Shown: piece by piece, positions 48,001-55,767 of the stretch
Position numbering within the stretch: position 1 is the first letter of the stretch
Layout of the letters: each line of letters opens with the position of its first letter
Translations under genes and position numbers: made by a program
From: Patescibacteria group bacterium
GTDB lineage: Bacteria; Patescibacteriota; Patescibacteriia; JAXHNJ01
Assembly (NCBI GenBank): GCA_034520665.1
Contig: JAXHNJ010000002.1
Span: forward strand, 608,660-672,659
Direction of reading: 5' to 3'
Length of the DNA stretch: 64,000 nt
Notes under the pieces: model-generated
Told to the model about the DNA's origin: nothing
The model's input: only the letters and a program-made list of their open reading frames with translations
The model's database searches: none

Positions 48001-48508
48001 TTATACAGCTGAAAGAATGAATCACTGGGGGGCGGCCCGGGCTGTAGGCGTACAAGACGGCCGACAAGTTTGGCAAAAAGAAAAAGATCGTTTAACCGAA
48101 GTAATGGCTGAGGTGAGAAAACTTGATTTTGAAAATACTATGAGAAGATTTAACCGATTAGCTTTTGGCTCAGAAAGAATTAAAGATAAATGGGATTTCC
48201 GTGGTGGAGGCGGAAGAGATTTTATGATGAATGATTTTGCCTTGGCTTTTATGATGGAAAACTGGAAAAAGTTTCCCACACTTTTAGAGCGGGGACGTTT
48301 TGGGGTTAACTTGGCTATTAATTTAAGTAAAGAAAATAATATTGATCTTCTTCAAGAATTATCCACAGAAATACCGGCTGAAGAAAGAGATCGTTATTTA
48401 AAAGTTGTTGATGGTATACAAAATTTTGCGGCTACTGGTGGAGAAAGCGAATTTGATGATTTAGAAAGAATGCATCAAAGAAATTTGGGAGGATGGGAAA
48501 ATTATTAA
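45062..48508 (+). CDS. VirB6/TrbL-like polytopic membrane protein with a long (~800 aa) charged coiled-coil cytoplasmic extension
   Basis: Signal/TM then 6-7 TM helices in the first ~350 aa (…VAVLLMIAFGTIF…ILMAFLINFSKFIALFLIDVSQVIMMTFVNAFSDIAAG…) as in TrbL/VirB6; remainder K/E-rich heptad-like; 2 nt after the previous gene. Confidence 0.5.
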   Translation: MLFNLKNKKVKYTLTSLSLVFILVSFGIFWPQAANAGAVELFTELLGHLLYEVAGLLGKILVAVIQMLIAIVQYNDFGQATAVQKGWVIIRDVCNMFFVAVLLMIAFGTIFKWETYRYNKLLGRFILMAFLINFSKFIALFLIDVSQVIMMTFVNAFSDIAAGNLISAFGLEEMFKFMESGGQDLEFSGVIGALLLAIILLTIAVVTVLVLTMVLLMRILVLWLLIVLSPLAYFLRTWPGSGEKASSMWWKEFGKNLINGPLIAFFLWLSLSIISTSGGDKLAQEELNYGDRKITTEQAIEYEEDTGMQDLGASVGGKFYTTISNISSSDRLLSFIISISLLMGSLLVAQKMSSAGGQAAGTVLGKVKTGLTKAAKLGAAGVTFGAGRTGLGLLARTKPVKRAAKGVGKWALGETMARTGFELRPSEWGKGIERGGERKLQEREDRMRAKSQKRREKGYHLAASLSNPEHAFYEYWRLSTPGKMLRHPLQFFGKGTKKMHDASLEQKAKLDKIKERDSEVYDDEKGEYKDVTKIQEEKMIEKEKEKVIKEKTEEVAQKREDLKPEKSWPELEKELKADGATENDLAEFKKDFQTVNEEWMRYASVGEVIKNEKGKKIGTQRITFDEKWEKMRTRLEKKGLTDEEIKEEEKKFNKEWNRNKAENMLNPHELNKEARKKFEDKNYSDGDLRKAYFNNKEEEIEKLKKEKNEIKDPDFIMEEDQKQREKKLQAINDELKKIDRDIKAKEEEGKKKNIKIDLSKEKNLKKDLEKRKEEIEKAPLSDKEKERKENKINEINEKIENKEFEKDFTDMTEIDRRELLRQREAQKKEYEKARKKEIDRMPAIDYSTRKNQRLAIQKEKNELTTDSWQEIASFIEDAKKKNNLTRVAAGYLKAAEYGNENEIQNYYGYDSDAKGLKQFVMGELVGEKGLGKNFREETEKAGLSWESYIDKFGHYVEGMKGKKGMGMSMEQALSIANDVSYTAERMNHWGAARAVGVQDGRQVWQKEKDRLTEVMAEVRKLDFENTMRRFNRLAFGSERIKDKWDFRGGGGRDFMMNDFALAFMMENWKKFPTLLERGRFGVNLAINLSKENNIDLLQELSTEIPAEERDRYLKVVDGIQNFAATGGESEFDDLERMHQRNLGGWENY

Positions 48509-48519
48509 AATAAGTTAAT

Positions 48520-49956
48520 ATGGTAAAAGAACCAATAAAAAATATAGATTATACAAAAAAAGAAACCTTAAAAAAATACCAGGATTATTTAGAGTATCTA
48601 TATACTTTTGATAAATATAAAGATGCTTATGCTATGGCCAGGGCTTTGCCTAATATATTGAGTAAAATTGATAATTTTAAAGAAAAATATCAGAGTTTTT
48701 ATAAATCTTATCAGGAAGTAATAAAATATGCCAAAATATTATCCATAAATTTTCTGAAAGAAGAAGAAATTATTGAATTATTTCGTAATAACCTCTTTGA
48801 AATATTAGATATTGACTTTCCTGAAATATATGAAAAAGTTAAAACGAAAATATCTACGCTCATGTTTTTTGAAGATAGAGATGCTTTAAAGAAAAAATTA
48901 ATTGCTGCTATACAGGAAAATAATCAGAAAGTAGGAGAAGAAGAGATAGTAGTTAATGAAAAGAGTACAGAGCCGACTATAAAAGACTGGTTAAGAGACT
49001 GCCAAATAAATATGGATTTGAAAAAAAATGATGCTTTAAGTTTAGCTGCATTTATTAATAACAGTAAAAATATCCAAAATCTAAAAAAGGAAAGGGATAA
49101 AATAATAATCTCTAAACTTTATGAAATCTACAATAATTTACACATTTCATCTAGTTCAATGGAAGGCTTGGAAAGAAAAATTACAGTTATTGATAAAAAT
49201 GGGGTAAAGAGGGTTTTTAATAATGGCAGAATGGAAAAAATTAACGTTGATGAAAAAACAAAAAAGGAATTTGATATTGCTGAAAAAATACTTATAAAAT
49301 ACGGTTATAAAAGAAAAGAGGAAAGCAATGAACCAGAAGCTAAAACTTCCTTAAAAAAGGAAACAGAAAAAACAGATAGGGAAAAAGATAAAGCTTTAAA
49401 AAAAGAGACAAAAAACATTCAAGATAAAGTAAAAAGATCTTTAGGCAAATATCAAGAGCTAATGAGGGGGATAAATAATGAGGAAGCTAATATTATTAAA
49501 TCTTCCGGCCAGAATAGTGAAAAAATAAAATTAGAATTATTTGATAACATAAAAGAAAATAATGGAGAAAATTTATCCGCCTACCTTTTTATCCTATCAC
49601 GTTTAAGAGAGCTAAAAAATATAAACAAAGAAGAGAAATTTAAAGATATTTTCAAACAAGAGATTATACTTCTTCTAAAAAAACAAATGCCGGAACTAGA
49701 CGAACAAAAACAGATTAGTAAATTTGAAGAAAATTTTAATCATCCAATTTATACTAAAATATTTATTAAATACTTATTATCCAAAGCCTTCTCTTCCGAT
49801 AAATCAGCCGGGTCTTTTGTAGCTACGCAATTGGAGAATATATTCATGGCCTTGAATCAAAAAGAGCTTTTGGGTTTGGCTTACTTTGACTTAAAAACTG
49901 AAAACTATAAATGGGCTGAGACCAGTTTAGAAAATGGTCAACTTGTTCTAAGATAA
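48520..49956 (+). CDS. hypothetical cytoplasmic protein
   Basis: 478 aa, K/E-rich, no TM; co-oriented and 12 nt after the VirB6-like gene. Confidence 0.45.
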   Translation: MVKEPIKNIDYTKKETLKKYQDYLEYLYTFDKYKDAYAMARALPNILSKIDNFKEKYQSFYKSYQEVIKYAKILSINFLKEEEIIELFRNNLFEILDIDFPEIYEKVKTKISTLMFFEDRDALKKKLIAAIQENNQKVGEEEIVVNEKSTEPTIKDWLRDCQINMDLKKNDALSLAAFINNSKNIQNLKKERDKIIISKLYEIYNNLHISSSSMEGLERKITVIDKNGVKRVFNNGRMEKINVDEKTKKEFDIAEKILIKYGYKRKEESNEPEAKTSLKKETEKTDREKDKALKKETKNIQDKVKRSLGKYQELMRGINNEEANIIKSSGQNSEKIKLELFDNIKENNGENLSAYLFILSRLRELKNINKEEKFKDIFKQEIILLLKKQMPELDEQKQISKFEENFNHPIYTKIFIKYLLSKAFSSDKSAGSFVATQLENIFMALNQKELLGLAYFDLKTENYKWAETSLENGQLVLR

Positions 49957-50038
49957 TTAAATTTTAACCAAAAACCAGGCTTTTAATAAACTGGTTTTTT
50001 TATTTGATTTTAGCCAAAAAATAAGCTAAAATAATTAT

Positions 50039-50347
50039 ATGCGTTTTACTCTAAATAAAAATAATATCCGTCTAAATACACCGACTTTACTCAAGAAGTG
50101 TGGTTATCATTATACGGGTATGTTTCGGGGTGAGCCTGGTTTTGCTCGGCGGGCCGGGAGAAGCCGCTATCCCCAGTTTCATATTTATGTTAATGAAGAG
50201 AGTCAGGATAAATTGGTTTTAAATTTACATCTGGACGCTAAAAAGGCCAGCTATGCTGGCAGCAAAATGCACGCCGGGGAGTATGATACCGAGGTTGTGA
50301 AACAGGAGATTCAAAGAATAGACGATATTATTAATAATCTTTCATGA
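50039..50347 (+). CDS. hypothetical protein
   Basis: 102-aa ORF. Confidence 0.35.
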   Translation: MRFTLNKNNIRLNTPTLLKKCGYHYTGMFRGEPGFARRAGRSRYPQFHIYVNEESQDKLVLNLHLDAKKASYAGSKMHAGEYDTEVVKQEIQRIDDIINNLS

Positions 50348-50680
50348 AAAAATATAATCTTAAGAACCAAGTTCATTTCATCACTATTAATACATATAAA
50401 AAATACTGGCTTTTTAAGAAAGAAAATCTTTGCCAAATAGTAATTGATAATCTAAATTTTTACCGCCGTAAATTTAGTTTTAAATTATTGGGTTACGTAA
50501 TTATGCCTAATCATCTACATTTATTAATTCAATTAAATAAAAAATATAATGATATTTCAAAGGTAATGAGGGATTTTAAGAAATTTACAAGTGTTCAAAT
50601 TATAAAGCAGTTAATAAAAGAAAATGAAAAAGATTTACTTAAAACATTTTCTATGACTGGTAAAATTTTTAATTATCCCT
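50344..50680 (+). mobile_element. IS200/IS605-family (HUH, Y1) transposase or RAYT-like remnant, truncated
   Basis: HFITINTYKKYW...LLGYVIMPNHLHLLIQ (HuH motif) ...ISKVMRDFKKFTS; the C-terminal catalytic-Tyr region is not recognisable; reading frame runs in-frame through REP-like palindromes into nnr. Confidence 0.6.
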
Positions 50681-50870
50681 CTACTCTGGGTACTGCCCGA
50701 TCCTCAGATCGGGCTAGTCTCTCGGCCGAATCTGAGGATTCGGCCTACCCGACTAGTTTTAGAAAGAAAAGAAAATATTCAGTCTGGATGAATGATTTTT
50801 ACGACTTTAACATCTATTCCGAGAATCTTCTACTCTGGGTACTGCCCGATCCTCAGATCGGGCTAGTCTC
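50681..50870. repeat. REP/BIME-like palindromic repeats (41-bp direct repeat at 50681-50721 and 50830-50870, plus inverted variant 50724-50747)
   Basis: ctactctgggtactgcccgatcctcagatcgggctagtctc occurs twice; core hairpin gcccgatc-ctca-gatcgggc; between them ggccgaatc-tgag-gattcggcc is the same palindrome type in inverted loop orientation. Confidence 0.75.
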
Positions 50871-50886
50871 TAAAAAATTTATCTAT

Positions 50887-51672
50887 ATGAAAAAAATAAA
50901 TAAATTAATTTTTAAAAAACTCTATCAACCACCCAAAAATTCCCACAAAGGCGACAACGGTGTTTTATTGATTTTAGCCGGTTCAAAAAAGTACCACGGG
51001 GCTCCTTGGTATGCTATTGAAGCGGCTTCAAAAATTGTTGATTTGATTTATTTTCATTCAGATCCAATGGCTATGCGCTTAATGGAAGAAATAAAAAAGA
51101 AAACTCCGTCTTTCATTGTAGTCAGTAAAAAAGAATTATCGAAAACAATTCAAAAATCAGATTGTCTTTTAATTGGTCCGGGTTGGGGTAAAAATGAAGC
51201 TAATAAAAAATTAATAAATAATTTATTAAAAAAGCATAAAAATAAAAAATTCGTTTTAGATGCTGATGCTCTGGCTTTAGTTAATTTAAAGCAGTTAAAT
51301 AAAAATATTCTGATTACTCCCCACAGCAGCGAGTTTAAAAAATTATTTAACATAAAAGCCAATCAGGAAAATCTCAAAAAAATGGCTAAAAAGTATCGGG
51401 TCAATATATTATTAAAAGGAAAAAAAGATATTATTTGCTCGCCCCAGGCATGTTTTTTCAATACTCGAGGTAATCAAGGTATGACCAAAGGCGGCACCGG
51501 TGATGTTCTGGCCGGTTTAATTAGCGCTTTGGCTTGTAAAAATGATTTATTAACCGCCACTAAAGCTGGCTGTTTAGTTAATGGCTTAGCCGGAGATAAA
51601 TTATATAAAAAATACAAAGTTTATTATAACGCTCGGGATTTGATTAAAGAAATACCTAAAATTTTAAAATAA
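50887..51672 (+). CDS. nnr: ADP-dependent NAD(P)H-hydrate dehydratase (YjeF C-terminal domain)
   Basis: HKGDNGVLLILAGSKKYHGAPWYA, LIGPGWG, VLDADAL, GGTGDVLAGLI motifs; probable own ATG at 50887 although the ORF track fuses it to the transposase remnant. Confidence 0.8.
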   Translation: MKKINKLIFKKLYQPPKNSHKGDNGVLLILAGSKKYHGAPWYAIEAASKIVDLIYFHSDPMAMRLMEEIKKKTPSFIVVSKKELSKTIQKSDCLLIGPGWGKNEANKKLINNLLKKHKNKKFVLDADALALVNLKQLNKNILITPHSSEFKKLFNIKANQENLKKMAKKYRVNILLKGKKDIICSPQACFFNTRGNQGMTKGGTGDVLAGLISALACKNDLLTATKAGCLVNGLAGDKLYKKYKVYYNARDLIKEIPKILK

Positions 51673-51872
51673 TGGAAATATACCGCAACTAAAGGGAATC
51701 AAGAAACATAGAAATTTTGATCATTGGATCATTTGAATTTGAAATTTGAAATTTGTTTTTAGTACTTGGGTCTAAAATACATCTAAAATCAAGACACTGA
51801 CCCCTCAAAAAAGCCTATTAAACTTTCTTTGTCTAAACAAACATTATATGGTATAATAAACAAGTAAAATAT

Positions 51873-52817
51873 ATGCCTAATTTTGTCTTACCTTTTTCAA
51901 AAATAAGCAAAAAAGACGTGAAAAAAGCCGGTGGTAAGGGCGCTTCTTTGGGTGAAATGACAGGCATAAAATTACCAGTACCACCTGGATTTGTAGTTTT
52001 AGCCAATGCTTTTGAAAAATATTTAAAAGATACGGATATTAATGTAGAAATTGAAGCAGCTTTGGATAAAGTAAGTGTTAAAGATGTTAACAGTGTGGAA
52101 AGAACTTCAAGCAAAATTAGAGATTTAATCCATGATTTTAAAGTTTCTTTAGACATAAAAAAACAAATTGAAAAAGCCTTTGATAATTTAAAAAGTAAAT
52201 TTGTAGCGGTCCGCAGTTCAGCTACAGCTGAAGATTCAAAAATAGCTTCTTGGGCTGGTGAATTGGAAACTTATCTCTTTGTTGATAAAAAGAATTTAAT
52301 GGATAAAGTAAGAACTTGCTGGTCTTCCTTATACACTCCTCGGGCTATTTTTTACCGCTTTGAAAAGGGGCTACATAAAAGAAAGGTGGGAGTAGCTGTA
52401 GTAGTTCAGGATATGATTGATTCAGAAGTTTCCGGGGTGGCTTTTACCGTTCATCCGGTTACCCGCGATAAAAACCAAATGGTGATTGAAGCGGTCTTAG
52501 GCCAGGGTGAAGCCATTGTCTCCGGTCAAGTGACTCCTGACACTTATGTTATTGATAAAGAAGATGATTATATTGTTGATATAAATATTTCTGAACAAAA
52601 AGAAAAAATAGCTTATAAAAAAAATGGCGGGACTAAGAAAGTAAAAATAGTAAATAAAGATATTGGAAAACAAAAATTAAGCGGCCAAGAAATAATAGGG
52701 CTGAGTAAAATCTGCAGCCAGATAGAAAAGCATTACCGCCATCCACAGGATATTGAATGGGCTCGGGCAAAAAATAAATTTTATATAACCCAATCAAGAC
52801 CAATAACTACCTTATAA
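51873..52817 (+). CDS. stand-alone PEP-utilising-enzyme N-terminal (PPDK_N/PEP synthase ATP-grasp-like) domain protein
   Basis: AGGKGASLGEMTGIKLPVPPGFVV ... VAVRSSATAEDS ... typical of PEP synthase/PPDK/rifampin-phosphotransferase N-domains; no phosphohistidine or PEP/pyruvate domains follow. Confidence 0.7.
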   Translation: MPNFVLPFSKISKKDVKKAGGKGASLGEMTGIKLPVPPGFVVLANAFEKYLKDTDINVEIEAALDKVSVKDVNSVERTSSKIRDLIHDFKVSLDIKKQIEKAFDNLKSKFVAVRSSATAEDSKIASWAGELETYLFVDKKNLMDKVRTCWSSLYTPRAIFYRFEKGLHKRKVGVAVVVQDMIDSEVSGVAFTVHPVTRDKNQMVIEAVLGQGEAIVSGQVTPDTYVIDKEDDYIVDINISEQKEKIAYKKNGGTKKVKIVNKDIGKQKLSGQEIIGLSKICSQIEKHYRHPQDIEWARAKNKFYITQSRPITTL

Positions 52818-52818
52818 T

Positions 52819-54597
52819 ATGACGGAGGGAAAATCCATACAACTGATAAGTGAAGAAGATTTATTTGAAGAAATTCAAACTAATCTCTTAGAATTAATTT
52901 CCGACAGTGATTTTGTTTTAGAGTTTAAGCTAAGGCTTATTTCCTGGCTTCCCTCAGACCGCCAGAAATTTATTAATCAAATAGTTGAAGCTCTTAAAAA
53001 TAATAATCAGTCAGTCGGTACTTTTATGGTTTCAGCCGAAGGCCATAAAATGCCCCCAACTGTTTCTAACTGGCTTAAAGACTTTGAACAAAGTGTTGGT
53101 GAGAATTTTAATCAAAAAAAGAAAGAGGAATATCTTAATTCCCCAGAATTTAAAAAGATAGAACTGGGACCGAGAACACTGCTGCAAAATCTTTTTGAAT
53201 TTTATGAATTAATAAAGTCTTTTCAAAAAGAACCGGAAAAAGTGGAAAAAATGATGGTGCGTGATAAAAAAGGCAATCTTCATGTTATGGATAGAGGAGA
53301 GTTATATGATTTAGAGAAAAAAACTTCATCTTTAGAAAAAGAAAAAGAATCTGACGTGGCTTTTACTTCTGATCCCGTTCCCGATAGATTTTCGGCGGAT
53401 AAAAAATCTACAGCCGATAAGTCTATTTCTTCTAAAGCTACGGTGGATCCGGAAGAAAAAAAGAAAATTAAGCCAGAGGAACCATATGAAAAGAAAAAGC
53501 AAGAATTTCCTAAAGAAAAAGCGACTAAAATTGAAGAAAAGCCTAAAAAAGAGGAAAGCCAACCAGAGGCCAAAAAACCAGAAAAACCGATTGCTTCTTC
53601 CTATATGTATCCTGAGGATGAAGAAGAAATCAGGGCTCAAAAAGATAATCTGTCCTCATATTCTCTGCCTAATATGGTTACATCTAATTCGGTTATTAAG
53701 GAAATAATTGAAAAGAATAATATTAATTTTTCGGATGATAATTTAGAAAAAAGATTTAAATCAATTTGCATTTCATATTTTAAAGGTATCCGCAATGAAA
53801 GAAGAACTAAAGATTTATTAATGCGCTCCACTAAAGTGGGAGGCCTGAATTATTCTGAAGATACAGCTCAAAATATTATTGAAATTCTGGAAAAAAATAA
53901 GGATAAAATTGATAAAATTCCACACGAGGAAGAAAAAAAAGAAGTAAAACAGAAAGTACCTACTCCCAGAGAAGCTTTAGAAAAAGCTATGGCTGATAAA
54001 GAAGTTATAAAGAGTAAAGAAGATATTAAAGCAGAAAAACCAGCCACTGAACAAAAAAGACCCGAACTCAAAAAAAGCAAAAATATTAAACCAAAATTTA
54101 AAGAAGAAAAAAGAAAAAAAACAAAAGAGGAAGAAAAAAAAGAGCCTATTTTACCAAAGACAGAATTATCACCAAAAACTGAAAAAAAGAAAGATATTAA
54201 AGTTGCCCGGCCAACCTCATCAGTCCGTGGAAAGAGGAAAATTGAAGATATAAAAGGTAAAACTAAATTACTGGGTCCTATTGATGAATTAAAGGAAATG
54301 AATCTTCGTGATTTTTCAAGATTGGGCTCTGATAAAAACAGTGCGGCTCAGAAAATTTATGAAAAATTAAATTTATTAAAGGAAGATTCTTTTTCAAAAT
54401 ATTCGAAAGGTGTTAAAGCGTGGCGGGAATCTGAAATTTATAATTTATATCTTGAAATGGGCCGTCAGAGTATGGAAAACCAAAAAACTATTCGGGAAAT
54501 AATTGAACAAAGAAAAAAAGAAAATCAGCCCTATTTAAGTGAACAACAATTTAACGAAATTGTTGATTTAAATAAAAAATTAAGCTTTAGTTTATGA
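52819..54597 (+). CDS. hypothetical K/E-rich protein
   Basis: 592 aa, highly charged low-complexity centre; 2 nt after the previous gene. Confidence 0.45.
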   Translation: MTEGKSIQLISEEDLFEEIQTNLLELISDSDFVLEFKLRLISWLPSDRQKFINQIVEALKNNNQSVGTFMVSAEGHKMPPTVSNWLKDFEQSVGENFNQKKKEEYLNSPEFKKIELGPRTLLQNLFEFYELIKSFQKEPEKVEKMMVRDKKGNLHVMDRGELYDLEKKTSSLEKEKESDVAFTSDPVPDRFSADKKSTADKSISSKATVDPEEKKKIKPEEPYEKKKQEFPKEKATKIEEKPKKEESQPEAKKPEKPIASSYMYPEDEEEIRAQKDNLSSYSLPNMVTSNSVIKEIIEKNNINFSDDNLEKRFKSICISYFKGIRNERRTKDLLMRSTKVGGLNYSEDTAQNIIEILEKNKDKIDKIPHEEEKKEVKQKVPTPREALEKAMADKEVIKSKEDIKAEKPATEQKRPELKKSKNIKPKFKEEKRKKTKEEEKKEPILPKTELSPKTEKKKDIKVARPTSSVRGKRKIEDIKGKTKLLGPIDELKEMNLRDFSRLGSDKNSAAQKIYEKLNLLKEDSFSKYSKGVKAWRESEIYNLYLEMGRQSMENQKTIREIIEQRKKENQPYLSEQQFNEIVDLNKKLSFSL

Positions 54598-55082
54598 GAC
54601 AATACACAGTGCCACAATTTATAGATATTGAAAGTAAAATTATCGGTTCTATTTCAGTGAGGCAATTTATTATTTTATTGGCTGGTGGTATTGTTATTTA
54701 TCTTAATTATGAATTGTTTGGTTCTATAAATTTCTGGTATTTTGGCATAACTTCTTTGTTTATATTTGCCTTTACAGGGACTTTAGCTTTTTTGAAAATA
54801 AATGGACAGTCTTTTCAATATTTTTTACTTAATATCTTTAATATTATTAAAGATCCGAGATTAAGAGTTTGGAATAAGGAATTTAGTAAGAAAGATTTTC
54901 AAGTTAAAAAATCTAAATCACCCGATACAAAAGTAATAGCTAAAAAAGAACCGCTTTCTTTATCGCATTTAAACCGTCTTTCTTTAGTGGTTGATACAGG
55001 CGGGGCTTATAAGGACGAAGACAAAATATTTAAAAAATCAACAGTTAAATATATTAAAAGAAAAAAAGATAATAATGAGTAA
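54594..55082 (+). CDS. VirB3/PrgI-like small two-TM protein
   Basis: 162 aa with two adjacent TM helices (FIILLAGGIVIYLNYELFG; YFGITSLFIFAFTGTLAFL), immediately upstream of VirB4-like genes. Confidence 0.4.
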   Translation: MRQYTVPQFIDIESKIIGSISVRQFIILLAGGIVIYLNYELFGSINFWYFGITSLFIFAFTGTLAFLKINGQSFQYFLLNIFNIIKDPRLRVWNKEFSKKDFQVKKSKSPDTKVIAKKEPLSLSHLNRLSLVVDTGGAYKDEDKIFKKSTVKYIKRKKDNNE

Positions 55083-55764
55083 AAAAAAGAAAGTAAAAAA
55101 AATAAAAAATAAGAAATCTGCTTCTACCCAGAAATATCTAGATATAATGGAAATTAAGGATAATTGTGTTATTCTTAAAGACGGCACTTTAAGAGCAGTT
55201 TTGATTGTTTCTTCTATTAATTTTTCCTTAAAATCAAATGAAGAGCAGGATGCGGTTATACAGAATTATGTACAATTCTTAAATTCTCTTAAATTTAATC
55301 TACAAATAGTAATACAGTCAAGAAAATTAAATATTGAAGGATATTTGAATAGGCTTCTAAAAATAGAAAAAGAACAAACAAATGAACTTTTAAAAATGCA
55401 AACCAAAGAATACAGACAATACATTACTGAATTAGTAGAAATGGCTGATATAATGAGTAAGAAATTCTATGTAGTTATTCCCTATACAGGACAAGGAGAA
55501 AAACCAAAAAAGTTTTGGAATAGATTAACTGAAGCCATTTCTCCCGGAAAAGTTATACATATAAAAAAGAAAAAGTTTAATAAATATAAGACACAGTTAT
55601 TTAAACAAGTGGATTTTGTCAGAGACAATCTCTCCTCAATCGGCTTAAGGGCCGAGCCACTAGATACCCAGAGTTTAATTGAATTGTATTATAATACTTA
55701 CAATCCGGAAACTTATGACCAACAAAAATTAACTGATGTAGAAAAAATAAATTTAGAGAAATAA
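55076..55764 (+). CDS. VirB4/TrbE-like N-terminal domain protein (split VirB4, part 1)
   Basis: DIMEIKDNCVILKDGTLRAVLIVSSINFSLKSNEEQDAVIQNYVQFLNSLKFNLQIVIQSRK matches the CagE/TrbE/VirB4 N-terminal pattern; ends TAA 3 nt before the next ATG. Confidence 0.5.
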
Positions 55765-55767
55765 ATT

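Noticed and set aside
53280-54080. Minus-strand ORFs (53280..53573, 53332..53640, 53637..53831, 53868..54080), plus-strand 53486..53707, and similar internal ORFs at 36853.., 38725.., 40129.., 42719.., 43034..
   Set aside because: These are frame-shadow ORFs inside long, coherent genes; the low-complexity K/E-rich coding strand produces open reading frames on the opposite strand.
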